Of a stretch of 64,000 bases of DNA, positions 23,236 to 37,127 are shown piece after piece; position 1 is the first letter of the stretch; each line of letters starts with the position of its first letter. The notes under the pieces are model-generated. The model had not been told where the DNA came from and ran no database searches. It saw nothing but the letters and a program-made list of their open reading frames with translations. This stretch comes from Felis catus (Eukaryota). The position numbers were made by a program, and so were the translations under genes. Where the stretch lies: the NCBI RefSeq assembly GCF_018350175.1, contig NC_058373.1:117368001-117432000 (forward strand), read 5' to 3'.

Positions 23236-24028
23236 AAATGAATGAATCCTAATTTCTACAAATAAGACTGTTCCTACAAATGAAAGTGATTGAAAATCTG
23301 CAAGGTCTTCCTGAGAATCTGTCTAGCCATGGGGAAGGGAGAGTCAACAAATTATGCCACACATAGTGATGAGAAAAAAACAAACCATATCCTTAAGTCC
23401 CTGTCATTCAATAAGCCAGTTTCCAACCCCATAGAGTACCGATGAGAATACCCCATAGAACATTTGATGAGATTCTAAAATGAATCCTTTCCAAATAAGG
23501 ACGCCTCTTCTCTTATCATCTTCTGTATCTTATAACAAGCTCGTTTGGGTTTTTCTTGTCTAAAACCGAAGTCTTGTAGCCAAAAAAGTCAAAATCATCC
23601 TCTTCTAAGCTTTACTTGAAAACATTGCTTCTTACCGTTGAATTAAAGCAAATTGTCTTCATTAATTAGTGTCAAAGGTGAATTTATTCTGGAGGTTTGT
23701 TTCGAGTCATGAGACATAATACATTTAAAACGATATTTCGATTTTGAGCTTCAATCATGGTGATTTCAAGTGAGGTTATTAAATCACTGTAACTTTTGAA
23801 GAAAACATGAAAAAATTAACCTCACGTCTCGTAGCTTGCTTCCTTTATTATGTTAGAGTCACTTGTGCCTGCTAGCATTTCCCGTTTGGGGAAGGCAGGC
23901 TCTAGGTTCGGCTTATCCTCATGATGGCGTTTCCTTTTGAAGGGTGTTGGCGGTGGAGAAAGCAGGACTGAGGGTGAGCCTCACAGTGGGACACCTTCTG
24001 TTGGCTCCCTCAGAAACTTCACAGGGAG

Positions 24029-24230
24029 TGTGTCATAGGGAGGCTGCTCAGGCGGCCATAACCAAAGACCACAGACCAGATGGCTTAAACAATAGACATT
24101 TATTTCCTCACAGTTCTGCAGTCTGGGAGTCCAAGATCAAGGTGCCGTCAGGGTTGGTTTCTGGTGATGTATCCTTCTTGGCTTGTACATGGCCACCTTC
24201 TTGCTGTGTCCTCACATGGCTTCTTCTCTG

Positions 24231-24276
<46 letters not shown>

Positions 24277-24459
24277 GAGCTCTGAGCTCTCTTCCTCTTC
24301 TTGTAAGGACACTAGCATTACTGAATCAGGGCTCCACCCTGTGACCTCATTTAACCTTAATTACCTCCCTAAAGGCCCTGTCACCAAATAGTCCCATTGA
24401 GGATGAGGGCTTCAATCTATGAATTCAAAATATGAAAAGACGTATTTCAGTCCCTAACA
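24029..24459 (-). mobile_element. MLT1A-type MaLR solo LTR containing (GA)n (24234-24279)
   Basis: atttatttcctcacagttctg...gtccaagatcaaggtgcc; perfect 5-bp TSD gggag at 24024-24028 and 24460-24464. Confidence 0.9.
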
Positions 24460-24549
24460 GGGAGGAAGGAAGAAATTATTTTAAAGTTTTCTTAAAGTTG
24501 ACATTTCTGAAAAAAACATATTTAATTTCCAAATTTGGAAGACTTTTAG

Positions 24550-24991
24550 AGCCAATTGCCTGCAGAATTTCTTTCGCAAGTGACTGAAACCCAGCTCAAA
24601 TAAGCCGAAGCAAAACTGGACATCTTTTGGCTCACACAGCAGGTGGTAGGGGGTCAAATATGTTAGCCACAGCTGGATCCAGGGGTTCACATCATCAGGT
24701 CTCTCTGTCCCCTTTCCCGCTGTGTTTGGCTTCTTCTTCAGATGGGTCCTCTCCCTTGGTGGCATTGATGACTTGGGGCTCCAGGGTGACCTGGTTCTGG
24801 ATTGGCATTTGCGACTCTAACAGGAGAGACACTCTCTCCCAAGGGTCAACTCTGATTGCCCCTGTGTGCGGTGGGGATACTTTCTGGCGGCCTGGACGCT
24901 TGCAGTTATGGGCTGGCAGCCCCAGCAGATGGGGAAGGACCTACTCTCAAACAGAAGACTCTGGGCAGATTGAACTTTAAGATGTGCCACA
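24550..24991 (-). mobile_element. Old MLT1 (K/L-like) LTR
   Basis: gcaagtgactgaaacccagctcaaa...ttggctcac; ends gccaca. Confidence 0.55.
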
Positions 24992-25344
24992 GTCTTCCCC
25001 TTCTAAGTTCCTGAGATGAGACCATTTCTTTGTACTTTGTAACTTCTATAATTTTATAAGTAATGGTTCAGAGAAGGTTCAAGTTCATCTTTATCACACT
25101 CGGAGAGATTCTATTTTAAGGTCATTAGAGTCTTTTGGAAAGTCGGTTGGTACCATGTTGACCTTTGCAGGTATCTCTCTGCAGACCCTTCAGGCCGCCT
25201 GACCTTGTCACCATCAGCAGATTTGGCTGTGGCTTCTTTGCTAGGCGCAGGCTCTCTATAGATGACCTTAATCTCTGCCCTGCTCCTCAAACTTTCCCTT
25301 CTCTGCTCCCTTCTGCACACCCAGTCAGCCCACACCTGTGGGTT

Positions 25345-25650
25345 CAGGTGTCTGATGCCTCATCCAAAATTCTCGGGCTGAGAATATTTCCAATTTTAGA
25401 AGGACCACGCTGTACGTATACTGGATACTGACATTCCCAGCAGGGTCTGGGGTAGCAGCCAGAAACCCAGCTCCTTAACACTTCTGCAGGGCAACGGTGA
25501 ATGTTGACACTAGGTGGGAATAAAGGAGGAAGTCTATAGTGGCCTTACATCAGTCAGGTCAGGTCAGGCATGGTCACCAAGTAAGTTACAAGAGATTTGT
25601 TTTCAGGGCTCTTTGTATTTCACATTTGTGAATAAGGGATCCTGGACCAA
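25345..25650. mobile_element. MER46C-like TcMar-Tigger MITE
   Basis: cccagcagggtctggggtagca, tcaggtcagg and aataagggatcctggacc match recalled MER46C. Confidence 0.7.
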
Positions 25651-25746
25651 TACTGGCTTGTGTATGGTAGGTGCTCATGAATGCTTTGTTGAGTCTCACT
25701 CGCTATGACTTGTATCTGTGAAATTTAAAACTTAAGAAACATTTAT

Positions 25747-25907
25747 GGGGCACCTGGGTGGCTCAGTCAGTTAAGGGTCTGACTTCAGCTCAGGTCATGA
25801 TCTTGCAGTTAGTGAGTTTGAGCTCTGCATCAGGCTTTGTGCTGACAGCTCAGAGCCTGGAACCTACTTCAGGTTCTGTGTCTCCCTCTCTCTCTGCTCT
25901 TCCGCCA

Positions 25908-25958
<51 letters not shown>

Positions 25959-25987
25959 CCTCTATCTCTCAAAAATAGACATTAAAA
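25747..25987 (+). mobile_element. Can-SINE with long (TC)n
   Basis: Perfect 18-bp TSD aaaacttaagaaacattt at 25727-25744 and 25988-26005. Confidence 0.95.
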
Positions 25988-26938
25988 AAAACTTAAGAAA
26001 CATTTTGACTTAACTACTTCACTTAAAGCAGGATTTTCCAATATTTAAAGTATGTAAGTGTATCTGTGTGGGTAGATAACTATAAAGAAGCACAGACTTC
26101 GTGCCAGTGTCTTCACTTTGAGAGGTTCCTGGTGGACAAGAAGTTAGAAAGCCACAAAACCTGAGATTAAAAGTTTTTATTGATTCACGTCTTTAAAGTT
26201 CATCCTACTATCCAGGGGAGAGGAAAGCATTCTCACCAAAAATGTTATTACCAAGTGAAATGAGGTCAACACGAAACTAGTTCCTGACTCTCTTCTTCAA
26301 CCCTTCTGGGGTTTTCACAAAAAGATTTTCCAAATCTTTTGTCTTTGAGCACAGAAATTAGAGAGCACTCTTACCAGGAGTGAAAGCAATTCAAGCATCC
26401 AAAGCTAAATTAGTTTACCACTTGGAACCGTGAAGTTCAAGAGAATTTTCAAGTTTGCAACATTTGGTCTCTACCAGGGAGATGCAAAGGGCAGAATCAG
26501 TTCTACTTTTGTTCGTGTTCCTGCCAGCTTGTGTCAACCATTTACCATCACGATGTCTCAGTTGTCCCATCTGTCAGCTCAAAGAGCCTTTGATGTATTT
26601 CAACATATCATGTTTTTAAGAACTTCTCAACACTACATTCTGGTTCTTGGCAACTGTCATGGATGGATTTGATGCACCTCACCCTGATGCCTGCCAGGAG
26701 GGAGCTGGAAGAAGGGCTTAGAGAATCTTATCGTAAATCCGCATGATGAACACATACATGCTGCCATCAGTGCGTGAGAATGGGATTAGGGGTATCTGTC
26801 TCACTAGGACTATGGGAATTTACTTTTCAAATACTCTATATGAGGACTTGGGGGTTGGCCAAGTGCGTGTGGTATGTCCTAATCTGGAAAACACTTTGGG
26901 GTTGGCAAAATCGGTGGTGTTTTAAAAACATGGTTGCT

Positions 26939-27190
26939 GGGACACCTGGGTGGCTCAGTCGGTTGGGCGTCCGACTTCGGCTCAGGTCATGTCTCACGGT
27001 TCGTGAGTTCGAACCCCGCGTCAGGCTGTGTGCTGACAGCTCAGAGCCTGGAGCCTGCTTCAGATTCTGTGTCTCCCTCTCTCTCTGTCTCTCTGCCCCT
27101 ATCCTGCTTGCACTCTCTCTCTCTCTCAAAAATAAATAAACACTAAAAAAATTTTGTTTAATAAAACAAACAAACAAACAAACAAACAAA
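26939..27190 (+). mobile_element. Can-SINE with (AAAC)n tail
   Basis: TSD taaaaacatggttg on both sides. Confidence 0.95.
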
Positions 27191-27602
27191 TAAAAACATG
27201 GTTGGTTAGGATAGTGGCACAAGACTTGGCATCCTTGCATAAATGAGGCGTCATTAGAAATCTGGCAAGCCAAGGAAGTCTCAGCAGAGAAGCATGTCTG
27301 GTCTGAGCGCACTGAGCCTGTGTCTCTGTCCCCACTTCATGGGGAATCTGCCCCCTGGTTCAGCCACAGGCCTGGTGGTTCAAATGGAACATTGCCAGTT
27401 GGATGCTGGTCAGGGTACCAGTGGGCAGAGAAGGCCTTTTGGGAACTATTTGCCTGTACAAAGCCTCCCTTTCCTGTTTGACCCAGCCTCCAGTTTCTCT
27501 CCTTCCTACACCTTTCCTTAATGAGTCCAGCCCGCATTGACCTTTTGGTTATCTGAATTTTAGTCTTACCATTTTGGGGGGGGGGGTAGGGGGTCGAGGG
27601 GA

Positions 27603-28130
27603 GTACATCTCTTCTACTTATCTACGCTAGGCAACAAACTACCCCCACATTTAATGGCTTAAAATAGTTACCATTTCATCCTATCCTATCTTATGGTTTT
27701 GTGGATCAAGAATTCTTGCAGAGCCCATCTAGGAGATTGTTTTGCACCTTGTGGCAGCAATTGAGGTCAGTCAGTGGCTTCGGTTGGCAGACAGGTGATC
27801 TGGAGAATTCTAGACAACTGCATTCACATGCCTGGTGCCTTGGTGGGGATGGCTGGAAGGTGTGCTCAGGTGGAATGCCCATTCGAACACCTACGCCTAC
27901 ACTTGGTAGCCTCAGACTGTTGGCATGGCAAGTGGCTTTCCCAAGGGTGACAATTTCCACAGAAAGGAAGTGGAAACTACAGGTCTCCTAAGCCTGGGAC
28001 CAGAGTCACTTCTGCCGTATTCTAATGGTCAAGCAGTTACAAAGCCCTGCCGGTTTTTAAGGACGAGAAACTAGACCCCACCTCGTACCGGATGGTAAAA
28101 GCACAGTTGCCTGCCATCTTTAGTCGACCA
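27603..28130 (-). mobile_element. MLT1 (G/H-like) LTR
   Basis: aacaaactacccc...aatggcttaaaa, cattcacatgcctggtgcc, gtcacttctgccgtattct; ends gaccaca. Confidence 0.75.
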
Positions 28131-28530
28131 CACTTGCCCTCTACATTATCCAACCTTTCTCAATACTGTGCTGCTTTCTCCGAATTAGATGGTCTCATAA
28201 GTTTTTGGTACGTAGGGCAGGATTCAAGAAATATTCATTGAAATGAAAAGAGTTAGAAGAGAGAAAATGTCTGCCTCTGATCACTTTCTCCAATAGATGT
28301 CAGGGCTTTGTGGAGCAATTTGGGGGTAGTTCTTCTAATCTCATAGCATAGGGCTCAGAACAAGGCTGACAGTCATTTCTGGATTTCTTCCCAGGTATAG
28401 CAGGTTGGGGGAGAGGAGGCACTGCTCTTTCTACCCAGGACTTAACCACATCCAGGCTGAGCCAGAGAGCAGTCCTCACTGTCTGTCTGCATGAAGACTC
28501 ATTTACCCCCCAGGTCATAGTACTTTAGAT

Positions 28531-28601
28531 CAGGGGCCAGCCAACTGTGGCCCACAGGCCAGATCCAGTGTGCTTCCTATTTTTATACAGCCCATGAGCC
28601 G
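28531..28601. mobile_element. MER58-like terminal fragment
   Basis: caggggccagccaactgtggcccacaggccagatcc...cagcccatgagc. Confidence 0.6.
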
Positions 28602-29764
28602 ACGGGGTGCTGATGTGACAAAAGAGAAAAATGCAAACCATGGTGACACATATATTTTTTGTCATTCCAACTCCCCGGTGCAAATGACGTACTAAAAGTC
28701 AGAGAAGAAACTAATTACTTGGACTAGAAGAAGAAAGCAAGCCTTCTGTTGTTAGAATATTCCTAACATTTGAATCTCTTTTTTCAGCCCACGTAGATTA
28801 GTGATTCTTAATATAAGCAAAAAAAAAAAAAAAAAGTATTTTTTCTCTCCATAGCCAATTAATTTCTACCCTGAAGCATGGAATATGATTATTTCTGTCA
28901 TTATCTTAGTTTCCAGAGCCACTGATGATTCAGTGACATACATATCCACACACTCGCATACACTCTTCACCATTTATCAGAAAGATCTGACTTCACTTTC
29001 AGGAGTGATAATTTCCCCCTAATTATTTTACAAATGGTTATTAAAGTATTTATGTTTTATAAACTGAAATTTGCTGGCATTTAGGCTTGCCTTGTAGACT
29101 CTTTTTCTTGTATCCGGGACATCGGAGAAGACACTCGTTTGAAATAGCCCACCCCAGTTCCTGGTGAGCTCACCTTTCTGGAACTCTTCTAGTCCCCAGG
29201 GAGGCCCTCTCTTGTTAATATAAGAACGACAGGCTGGTGCCTGAAAGTGAGTTTTTTCCAAAGATATGGTATTGGGAGTTTTCTGTGCTCCTCTTTCCCT
29301 CTTATGTGCTATTTTTTTTCTTTTAAATTCCATAGCAATTTTTAACAACCTCCCCGCCGGTTTGATAGGCAATGAACTTTCTGTCATGGGTGGTTTCCAC
29401 CTGAGGGAAATGGAATAGCATACCCCACGATATTGTTCTTACTTCCTCCCACTCTCCATTACAAATCAAGGAGAATGAGGTTGCATCCGTGTGCTTGACA
29501 CAGGCTCTGTAGCATATGATTTTTCAGTCCCTTTCACCTGAAATAGGATTTCATTCACCAGTTCCTATAAGTTGCTTGTGACTTCTAATAGACTTTGCAA
29601 CCGTTATTCATTTACCCTTGGCTCAGAAAGAGAAAGATTTGGAGTAAGGAAGAATGAATGGTCAGGAGAGGGGACATGGGTCTGCAGAGAAGCCATGCCA
29701 GAATCTCTCCCGACAGGCTACAACAGCCTTTGGTGTCCCATGCTTTATGCCGGGAAAGATGGCA

Positions 29765-29900
29765 CCTTGCACGTTTCCCAGTTGACTCTTACAGCAATTC
29801 TGGAAAGGAAATAGACATTACTGAATACAGAGGGGGAAGCTGAGACTCAGAGAGGCTAAGTGGTTTGCCCAGTGATACACAGCTGGTAAGTGTACCTGGT
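29765..29900 (-). mobile_element. MIR
   Basis: gaagctgagactcagagaggctaagtggtttgcccagtgatacacagctggtaagt. Confidence 0.8.
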
Positions 29901-29904
29901 CTTC

Positions 29905-30745
29905 CTGTCACAATACACGCTTCTTCAGCCTTCTCCGTTTTGGTAAATGGCAAGGTCATCTTTCCAGATGCTCATGTTAAACACCTTGCTGGGACTCTAT
30001 TTCTCCTGTATTTCTCTTGCATCCTTCTTTTAGTCCAGTACTGAACCCCTGCAGACCCAGAATCTATCACCTCTGTCACTTCTGCCCTCTTCCAGGCCAC
30101 CATGACCAATGCAATGTCCTTCTCCCTGGTCTCTCTGCTTCTGCCCGTGCCCCCCGAGAGTCAGTTCCCGGCACACAGGCAGATAAGTCAGACAGAACTC
30201 TTGAAGGGAAATCCCATTTCATTCCTAATAAAGCAAAAGTCAGTACAGGGACTGCAGTCTGCCTCCTGACCCCCATCATCCCTCTGGCCTTATCTGCCAT
30301 TATTGCCCACACTTGCTCACTCCACTTCAGTTACCCTGGTTTCCTTGCTGCCTCTTGAATCATCAGGGCCTTTGCACTTGTCACTCGCTCTGCCTGGAAC
30401 ACTCTTATCGCAGGGAACTGCATGATTTAGTCCCTAACCTTCTTTGTGCCATTGCTGAAATGATACTGTTCCAAAGACTATCCCATGTAAAAACCTTTCC
30501 CACTCCTTTCCCCACACCCAGAATTCCTGGGTCCTGGTACCTGCTTGAGTGTTCTTCATAGCACTATTCATAACCTGCATACTGCGTATTTTCCTCATGC
30601 ACTTGTCTATTGTCTGTCTCCTGCTGGAATGGAAGCTGCGTGAGGGTATTACTTCTGTCTGTGTCTTTCGGTGCTGGGTCCCTAGTCCCTCGCCCCGTGC
30701 CTGCAACATAGTAGATGCTCAACAAACTTTAATGAGTGAATGAAG
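29905..30745 (+). mobile_element. L2 3' region
   Basis: cagggcctttgcacttg, ctggaatggaagctgcgtgaggg, 3' end gtagatgctcaacaaa...tgaatgaa. Confidence 0.8.
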
Positions 30746-31780
30746 GAATTATTCAGTCTTAGGACCTGAAATCCAAGCCTCTCTGCTCTTTCCAAAAGCC
30801 CGCCATGCTGCTGATTAATTTTTATATGCTTACATTGATAGAAAACACCTCATTTCAGGAAATAGCTGAAGAATGCATGTACAGAAGAGGAAATCAACCC
30901 TGAGTTCTGAAATCCACCTGGACTTGACTGATTTCTTGATACAGAGTTTTCTCTGGGTTCTAGAGGATGCGTTTTCCAGATTTGGGGTGCCCTTGGGCTA
31001 CAGATGTCATCTCTTTGGTCCTCAGCTTTCCTGTCTATAAAATATGCAAGTTGAGTAGATAATCATTACTCTTCTTTCACATGAAAAATGATCCCCTTCG
31101 ATCTGTAGAGTTAAATGGAACAGTCTGATGCCTCGTTTGTGGCACCTGTTTCTTAATGTGTACCAAAGGCTCAAGCTCTCTGACAACCAGAATGACGTTT
31201 TCTTTCTCTTGATTTTTTTATTTCCTCGCATTCCTCGATGTCACACCCTGTACTCAGTTGCATTCTATATGCTTTGTTGACACAACTGAAGACCAAATTC
31301 ACTGAGTGCGGAGCTCACCCTCAGTGTGAATTCTATTGCTTGAGAAACTAGCTCTAAGAGAATAGTCCCTGTTGCCGACATCAGAGGTCGCTACGCTTCT
31401 GTGCACCTATGTGTGCATCCACAGTCACCCTGATCAATAGATACTTCTGTTTGGTAAAGTTAACTTCACACAGAGATCAGCATTACAGGCTAGCAAGAAA
31501 TATCAGAAATATACTGAAAAATCTTCATGCTGGGAGTCTTAGGGTTGGTGGGTTGGTGGGAGGTTATGAGTTCCAATGCCACCTTGAATGAAGGCATGAG
31601 TGTTGAGATATCACGGTGGCCTGATCAACATTGGTGGGCTATTGCTTATTAGAGGAAAGTGTGTATGGGAAATACCTTTCAGTGTCCCAAATCTTCAGCA
31701 TCAAAGAGATTGAGGTGTTTGAAATATTGAAAAATGTTTTAAATCTTGATGGACCTCTAATTACTGTGATTCTGTTACAA

Positions 31781-32000
31781 TTTTTTTTAATTTTTTTTTA
31801 ACGTTTATTTATTTTTGAGACAGAGAGAGACAGAGCATGAACGGGGGAGGGTCAGAGAGAGGGAGGCACAGAATCTGAAACAGGCTCCAGGCTCTGAGCG
31901 GTCAGCACAGAGCCCGACGCGGGGCTCGAACTCACGGACCGCGAGATCATGACCTGAGCCGAAGTCGGACGCTTAACCGACTGAGCCACCCAGGCGCCCC
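31781..32000 (-). mobile_element. Young Can-SINE (felid type)
   Basis: CpG-rich near-consensus body; TSD tctgttac(a/g)attttt. Confidence 0.95.
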
Positions 32001-32329
32001 TCTGTTACGATTTTTAATGTGAAGAGAGTCAGGTGTGTTTCAATGTCACGGTCACCACATTTTAGTAAGAACTGGTTCATTTCCCTTTATGTGTCAGATG
32101 TGAAGTGAATGCATGTTATAATATGATCCTATGTATGATATTATATGACAGGACAGAATATTTTCTCCCTCCAAAGGAGTACTTCCTTAATTTGATAGAG
32201 AAAACACACGTTGAGAAGGGTTCATGCTTCAGCACTGCCTCTCTGTTTCCCTCTTCACCAACCCCCCAACATTTTATCTCAACGAAGTGCTGCATACCTT
32301 TAATTTCATACATCAGTACGGGCTTTGTC

Positions 32330-32560
32330 CCTGCTGTGTAAACTATTCTGTAGGGATATTAGAGGGTAAAAAGATGAAAGATACATGTCCTGCCCTCAGG
32401 AAGTTGACATTTTGGGGAAAGGAGAAAACAACAAGCCAGAATTTATAGCGGTATATAACACCTGTGCCAAAAACGTTGCAAGGGAGGTGCTGTGAAAAGG
32501 GGAACATTTGCGAGAGATTTCTGGAGGAGGGGCTAGAAGAGGAGGCACAGAGGAATGCAG
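32330..32560 (-). mobile_element. L2 fragment
   Basis: gtcctgccctcaggaagttgacatt antisense L2 motif. Confidence 0.55.
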
Positions 32561-33689
32561 ACAATTTAGATCTGGTCCCCTTAGGCCACAGGCTCCTCTT
32601 CGCCTTCAAAACGCACTTAAATGTGCAAGATGTCAGCTCACTTGCAACTTTTCCACACCCAGCCATCATCTGTAACGAGGTTCGTGCCCACAGTGTTGGT
32701 CCGTGGAAAAGAAGGAGACTGGGTGACAGCCAGAACAAATGGAATCCTCTCGGGCAGGAAGAAAAAGAGGAAATGAAATGGCAAAATCGCAGGAACTGCC
32801 AATGGGAAAGGGTGGGAGAGGACAAGTGGCCAAGACGATGACGTGGTGTTCGTTGTCAACTGGGCAGTCTTTCAGATGTCACCAGAGGACACCGCCATAA
32901 TTAGCATGCAACCAGACGCGCGCAGCGACTACACATTTTGGCTTGGTTGGCGGCGATCGTTGAGTCTTAAACAAAAGCAGTTTCAGCTGCAGAGCTGGTG
33001 CCAGGCTTTCAGAGAAAGAGAATAAATGAGGCTGCTATGACAAGCTGTTCCACTGCAGCAACAATAGTTTGGACTTCCAACACTGCCTACCAGCCAGGCC
33101 TGCGAATACATCTTCATTTGTGGCTGGGCAGTTGGGAAAGACGAGTCATTCAAGAACTTTATGATTCGTACCTTCCGTTCAGCCACACCTGACCCAGCCC
33201 TCATCGGCCACAAGAAACTGTAAAGACACCTAACGTGAGGCAAGATCCTCGTGTTTCTGTTCTGTGTGCGGTTGTGTTTGTTTGCTTGTCTGTTTCAGAA
33301 CTGTAAAAAAAAAAAAAAAAGACACAGGGCATCCGACTGAGGTGTGCATTTCAGTTCTACAAGGGTTTACGGGACACCTCCTATGGGCCAAGCATTATAC
33401 CGGTTCTTGGATGGAAAAGTCGTGGCCGGGGAACCTGTGCCTTTCATTCAGGGTAACAACAGCACAAGAGAAGGAGCCTCAGCAATGTGTCCAGAAGGTC
33501 AGGAAAAGGAAATGGGGCGCGATGGAGACAGTGAGAAACTAGTGTGTCCGTGCCCCTTGTTTCCATGACAGGCGCCTGGTTCACACTTTGTCAACAGCCA
33601 AGGATCTGGTTGCAGAAATACGCCACTCCTCCCACGTAAGAGCACAGAGTTTTAACAGGTGATGGATTTGTGTGGCGTCATTCCAACTT

Positions 33690-34096
33690 TGTACCGGATT
33701 TTTAGAGCAGCTATAACCGATTACTATAAACTTAGTGGCTTAAAACAACACAGATTTATTGTCTTACGGTTATGGAGGTCAGAAGTCTACCCTGGATCTC
33801 ACTGGGTCAAGAGCCAGCAGCAGTGAGTTGAGTACTTGTCACATGGTATCATTCTGACCTTTTTTTTTTTTTTTTTTTTTTTTGCCTCCTTCCACTTTTA
33901 AGGACTCTTGTAATTACACTGGGCTCACCTGGATAATCCAGGATAATCTCCCTATTTTAAGGACAGCTGACTAGCAATCTTAATTCTATCTGCAACCTTA
34001 ATTCCCTTTTGCCATGTGACCTAACGTGTTCCTAGGTTCTAGTGATTAGGACATGGCCATATTTGGTGGGGGTGGAGCATTGTTTTGTCTACCACA
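33690..34096 (-). mobile_element. MLT1C-like LTR (internally deleted, polyT at 33859-33883)
   Basis: gtggcttaaaacaacacagatttatt and ctggataatccaggataatctcc; near-TSD aactt / aactc. Confidence 0.85.
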
Positions 34097-34254
34097 AACT
34101 CATCTACCTTCCAAACCAACAACTGTGATCAGTTGGGTAACAGCTAGGGATACGCACTCTGGGCTCAGGAGAGAGGAGGGTTGCCTGGCCTTTGCCAAGT
34201 GTGGCCTCGTCTCACCGTACCCGACACATCTGAGGTTACTCATACAAGGGCCAA

Positions 34255-34450
34255 CGGACCAACAGCATATTATAAGGAAGCAGCACTTGCCTGGTCATCA
34301 GAAGACATGGATTTTAGTTTCTCTTCTGACAGCAAGCTGCCTCGTTACTGTAGGCAAATCATTGGACTTCTCCGGGCTCCCATTTTGTCCTCTATAAAAT
34401 AAAGGTCGTGGATCAGATGTTCTCAAGTCCCCTTTCCATTTCTAGCTCTC
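34255..34450 (+). mobile_element. MIR/MIR3
   Basis: taggcaaatcattggacttctccgggctcc...ctataaaat...tctcaagtcccctttcc. Confidence 0.6.
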
Positions 34451-36135
34451 CACGGCTCTTCACTAGGAAAATGAGAATGGCCAGAAGTTTCCTGTTGGAA
34501 ATGCACTGCCATCATTAGAGCATCAAAATGCTCGAATAGTATACAAAAGTCTATCTCTATAGAACTCAGTGTCTGTACCCCTCCAGGATCCATCCCGTCA
34601 TCCTGCCCCGATGACTGTAACGCATGGTAGCCACCCAAAGTCTTTCTTTTCCCCTAAATTGGAAATTATGCCAAAAGAGCAGTGCCAGTGAATCAGGTGG
34701 ATTAGAGATAAAATCATGGCTCTATGGTTGAGACACGGCATTAAGAAAATCGACTTAGAGATGTGTGAGGTCACATATAATTGAAAGTGAGCATTTCAGA
34801 GTGACTTGAGAAGGTTGAGTCAGCCTTTCAAAGCTTGTATTACGGGTAAGAAACCTGAACCTAAAGAAATAATATGTATGTGGGTCATTAGATAGCCTCC
34901 TCCCTCAGACAACCTCCTCCCTCACTACCTTTTTCCCTTTAATCAAAGAACCATACATATGCAAGTAACTGGATCACCTCTTCTTCTCTCCCTTTTCCCC
35001 TTTAATCACAACGGAGAGGAAAGTTTCCAACCTAGCATTAAATTAGGTCAACAGCTAACACAGCATGAGGATAGACGGCAGGAACAGCAAGTGGTATATA
35101 CACAGGAAATAAACGACACTGTGCAGCCAGCATCGATAAGCTGTTGAATAGTGCAAGGGCCCTATTCAGATTTAAAGTAATAAAAGATGTGAGGAAATAT
35201 GGTTACCAGCAACTGATAAACATTCCTGCCTTATGGGTGTTCGTTTCACTTCCTGGCTTCTACGGCCTCCAGTATAATCTCTCCTGGTAACCTTTATCCC
35301 CCAGAGCCGGCATAAAGAACACCTAGGAAATGTCACCTTTGTAGTTGCTCAGAGAACAGCTTTGGGTGGCTGCAGGCAGACCTGAAAACATTAAGAGCGG
35401 CAGGTGCATGGAGTTGCATCCATTTGTGAAAGCTATCGTTGATTCAGCTTAAAGAGAACCTCGAACGGATTTTGGAAAAGGGTTGTCGGAAAGATGCATT
35501 GACCCCGGTACATGCAGATAGATGTGGAATTTCATCAGGAGTGTATATGGAAATGTGCCTGGCTGCAGAAGCACAGGTATTCTCTGCTCAACTATGCAGA
35601 CAATTTGGAAACATTTACTGCTGCTGAACAGTGATGTTTCCTCACCATGGAACAGTGCTAAGATCGGACTCGGACTATCCACACAGTTGGTGGTAATGTC
35701 CAGATTGCTCCTGGAGACCTGGGGCGGGTGGTCATTGCTTCCCACGCCACCGCCAGCTAGGCGTGTACCAGAGTCACTTCCCTCAGGCAAACCCGCAGTG
35801 GCCAAGACAATGGAGCAGGGGCGGTTCTAGCGCCAGTCCACAGTGGGTCCAGAAACATCTTTCCCCACAGACCTACAAAGGAGGATCATGCTCTTCTTGA
35901 GTCTATTAGTCTGACCCATCTCACCACCCAGTGGTGTAATTGGAAGTCAGGGGCATGTCCGTGAACCCTCAAACCGAGGCTGCATCCGAGGCTTGGGGGT
36001 TCTGCTCCCTGCATTGGTGACCATATGATTAAGGGCAGCTCAGCCCCCACCACCGGCACCGCTCCAGACTTTCCACTGCCTCCAGGACTGAACCTAAGGC
36101 TACAGGCATCTGGTCTCTTCAGGCCCAAGGCTTCC

Positions 36136-36565
36136 ATGGAAGGCAAAATAATGGTCTCAAAGACGTCCATGTCTGAACGCCCAGAACCTGTGTATCTATT
36201 TCCTCACTTGGCAAAAAGGGCTTTGCATATGTAAGTAAGTTAAGATCTTCAGTTAGGAAGGTTGCCCCAGATTATCTGCATGGGCACCATGTCATCAGTA
36301 AGGGGATGACAGAGGGTCCGAGGCCAGAGTGATGCTACCACTGGCTCTAAAGAAGGGAAGGGGGGCGCTGCAAGCCAAAGAATGCAGAAAGCCTTTCAAA
36401 GCTGAGAAAAAGAAGGAAGTGAATTTTTGTCTGGAACCTCCAGAATGGACACAGCCCTGCCACCCATTTTAGACTTCTGACCTCCAAAACTGTAGGAGAA
36501 TGAATTTATGTAACTTGCAGCCATTAAGCGTGTGATGATTTGTTATGGCAGCCACAGAAAACTGG
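36136..36565 (+). mobile_element. MLT1D-like LTR
   Basis: ggcaaaataatgg...ggcaaaaagggctttgca...gacttctgacctccaaaactgta...atttgttatggcagc. Confidence 0.85.
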
Positions 36566-36921
36566 GGTTTACCTTGTTCCCCACCTCAGAATGCATCCCT
36601 TTATGGGCTAATTAACAAGAGCACATTCATTTCCTTCAACAGAAAACTTACCCTCACCCGCCACCCTGGTTCCAGCAAATGTCACAAAGCACTGTAGCGT
36701 CAACCTCGGGCAGGTCAACTTGTCTGCTCTAGTATTTTGCTTTCATATTGCAATGAACAAAATGTTTGTTTCTCTTGTGTGATGGTAAATTTGCAGGGTC
36801 GGATTCCTACTTCTGTCTGGTTTTCTAAGCATGTCTTTAATAAGCATACATTAATTTTGTGATTAAATGACATAATAATTAAAAATGTTAAAGGAACATT
36901 TAAAAAGCGGGGCGGGGGGGC

Positions 36922-37127
36922 GGGGCACCTAAGTGGCTCAGTCAGTTAAGCTTCCGACTTCAGCTCAGGTCATGATCTCGCAGTTCATGAGTTCGAGCCC
37001 CGCGTCAGGCTCTGTACTGACAGCTCAGAGCCTGGAGCCTGCTTCGGGTTCTGTGTCTCCTTCTTTCTCTGCCCTCCCCTGCTCATGCTCTGTCTCACTC
37101 TGACTCTCAAAAATAAATAAATGTTAA
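36922..37127 (+). mobile_element. Can-SINE with 25 extra nt between 5' TSD and head
   Basis: 16-bp repeat aaaaatgttaaaggaa at 36881-36896 and 37128-37143. Confidence 0.9.

Noticed and set aside
31296..31332. Small hairpin aattcactgag...ctcagtgtgaatt as a possible pre-miRNA
   Set aside because: Stem too short and no recognised miRNA sequence.
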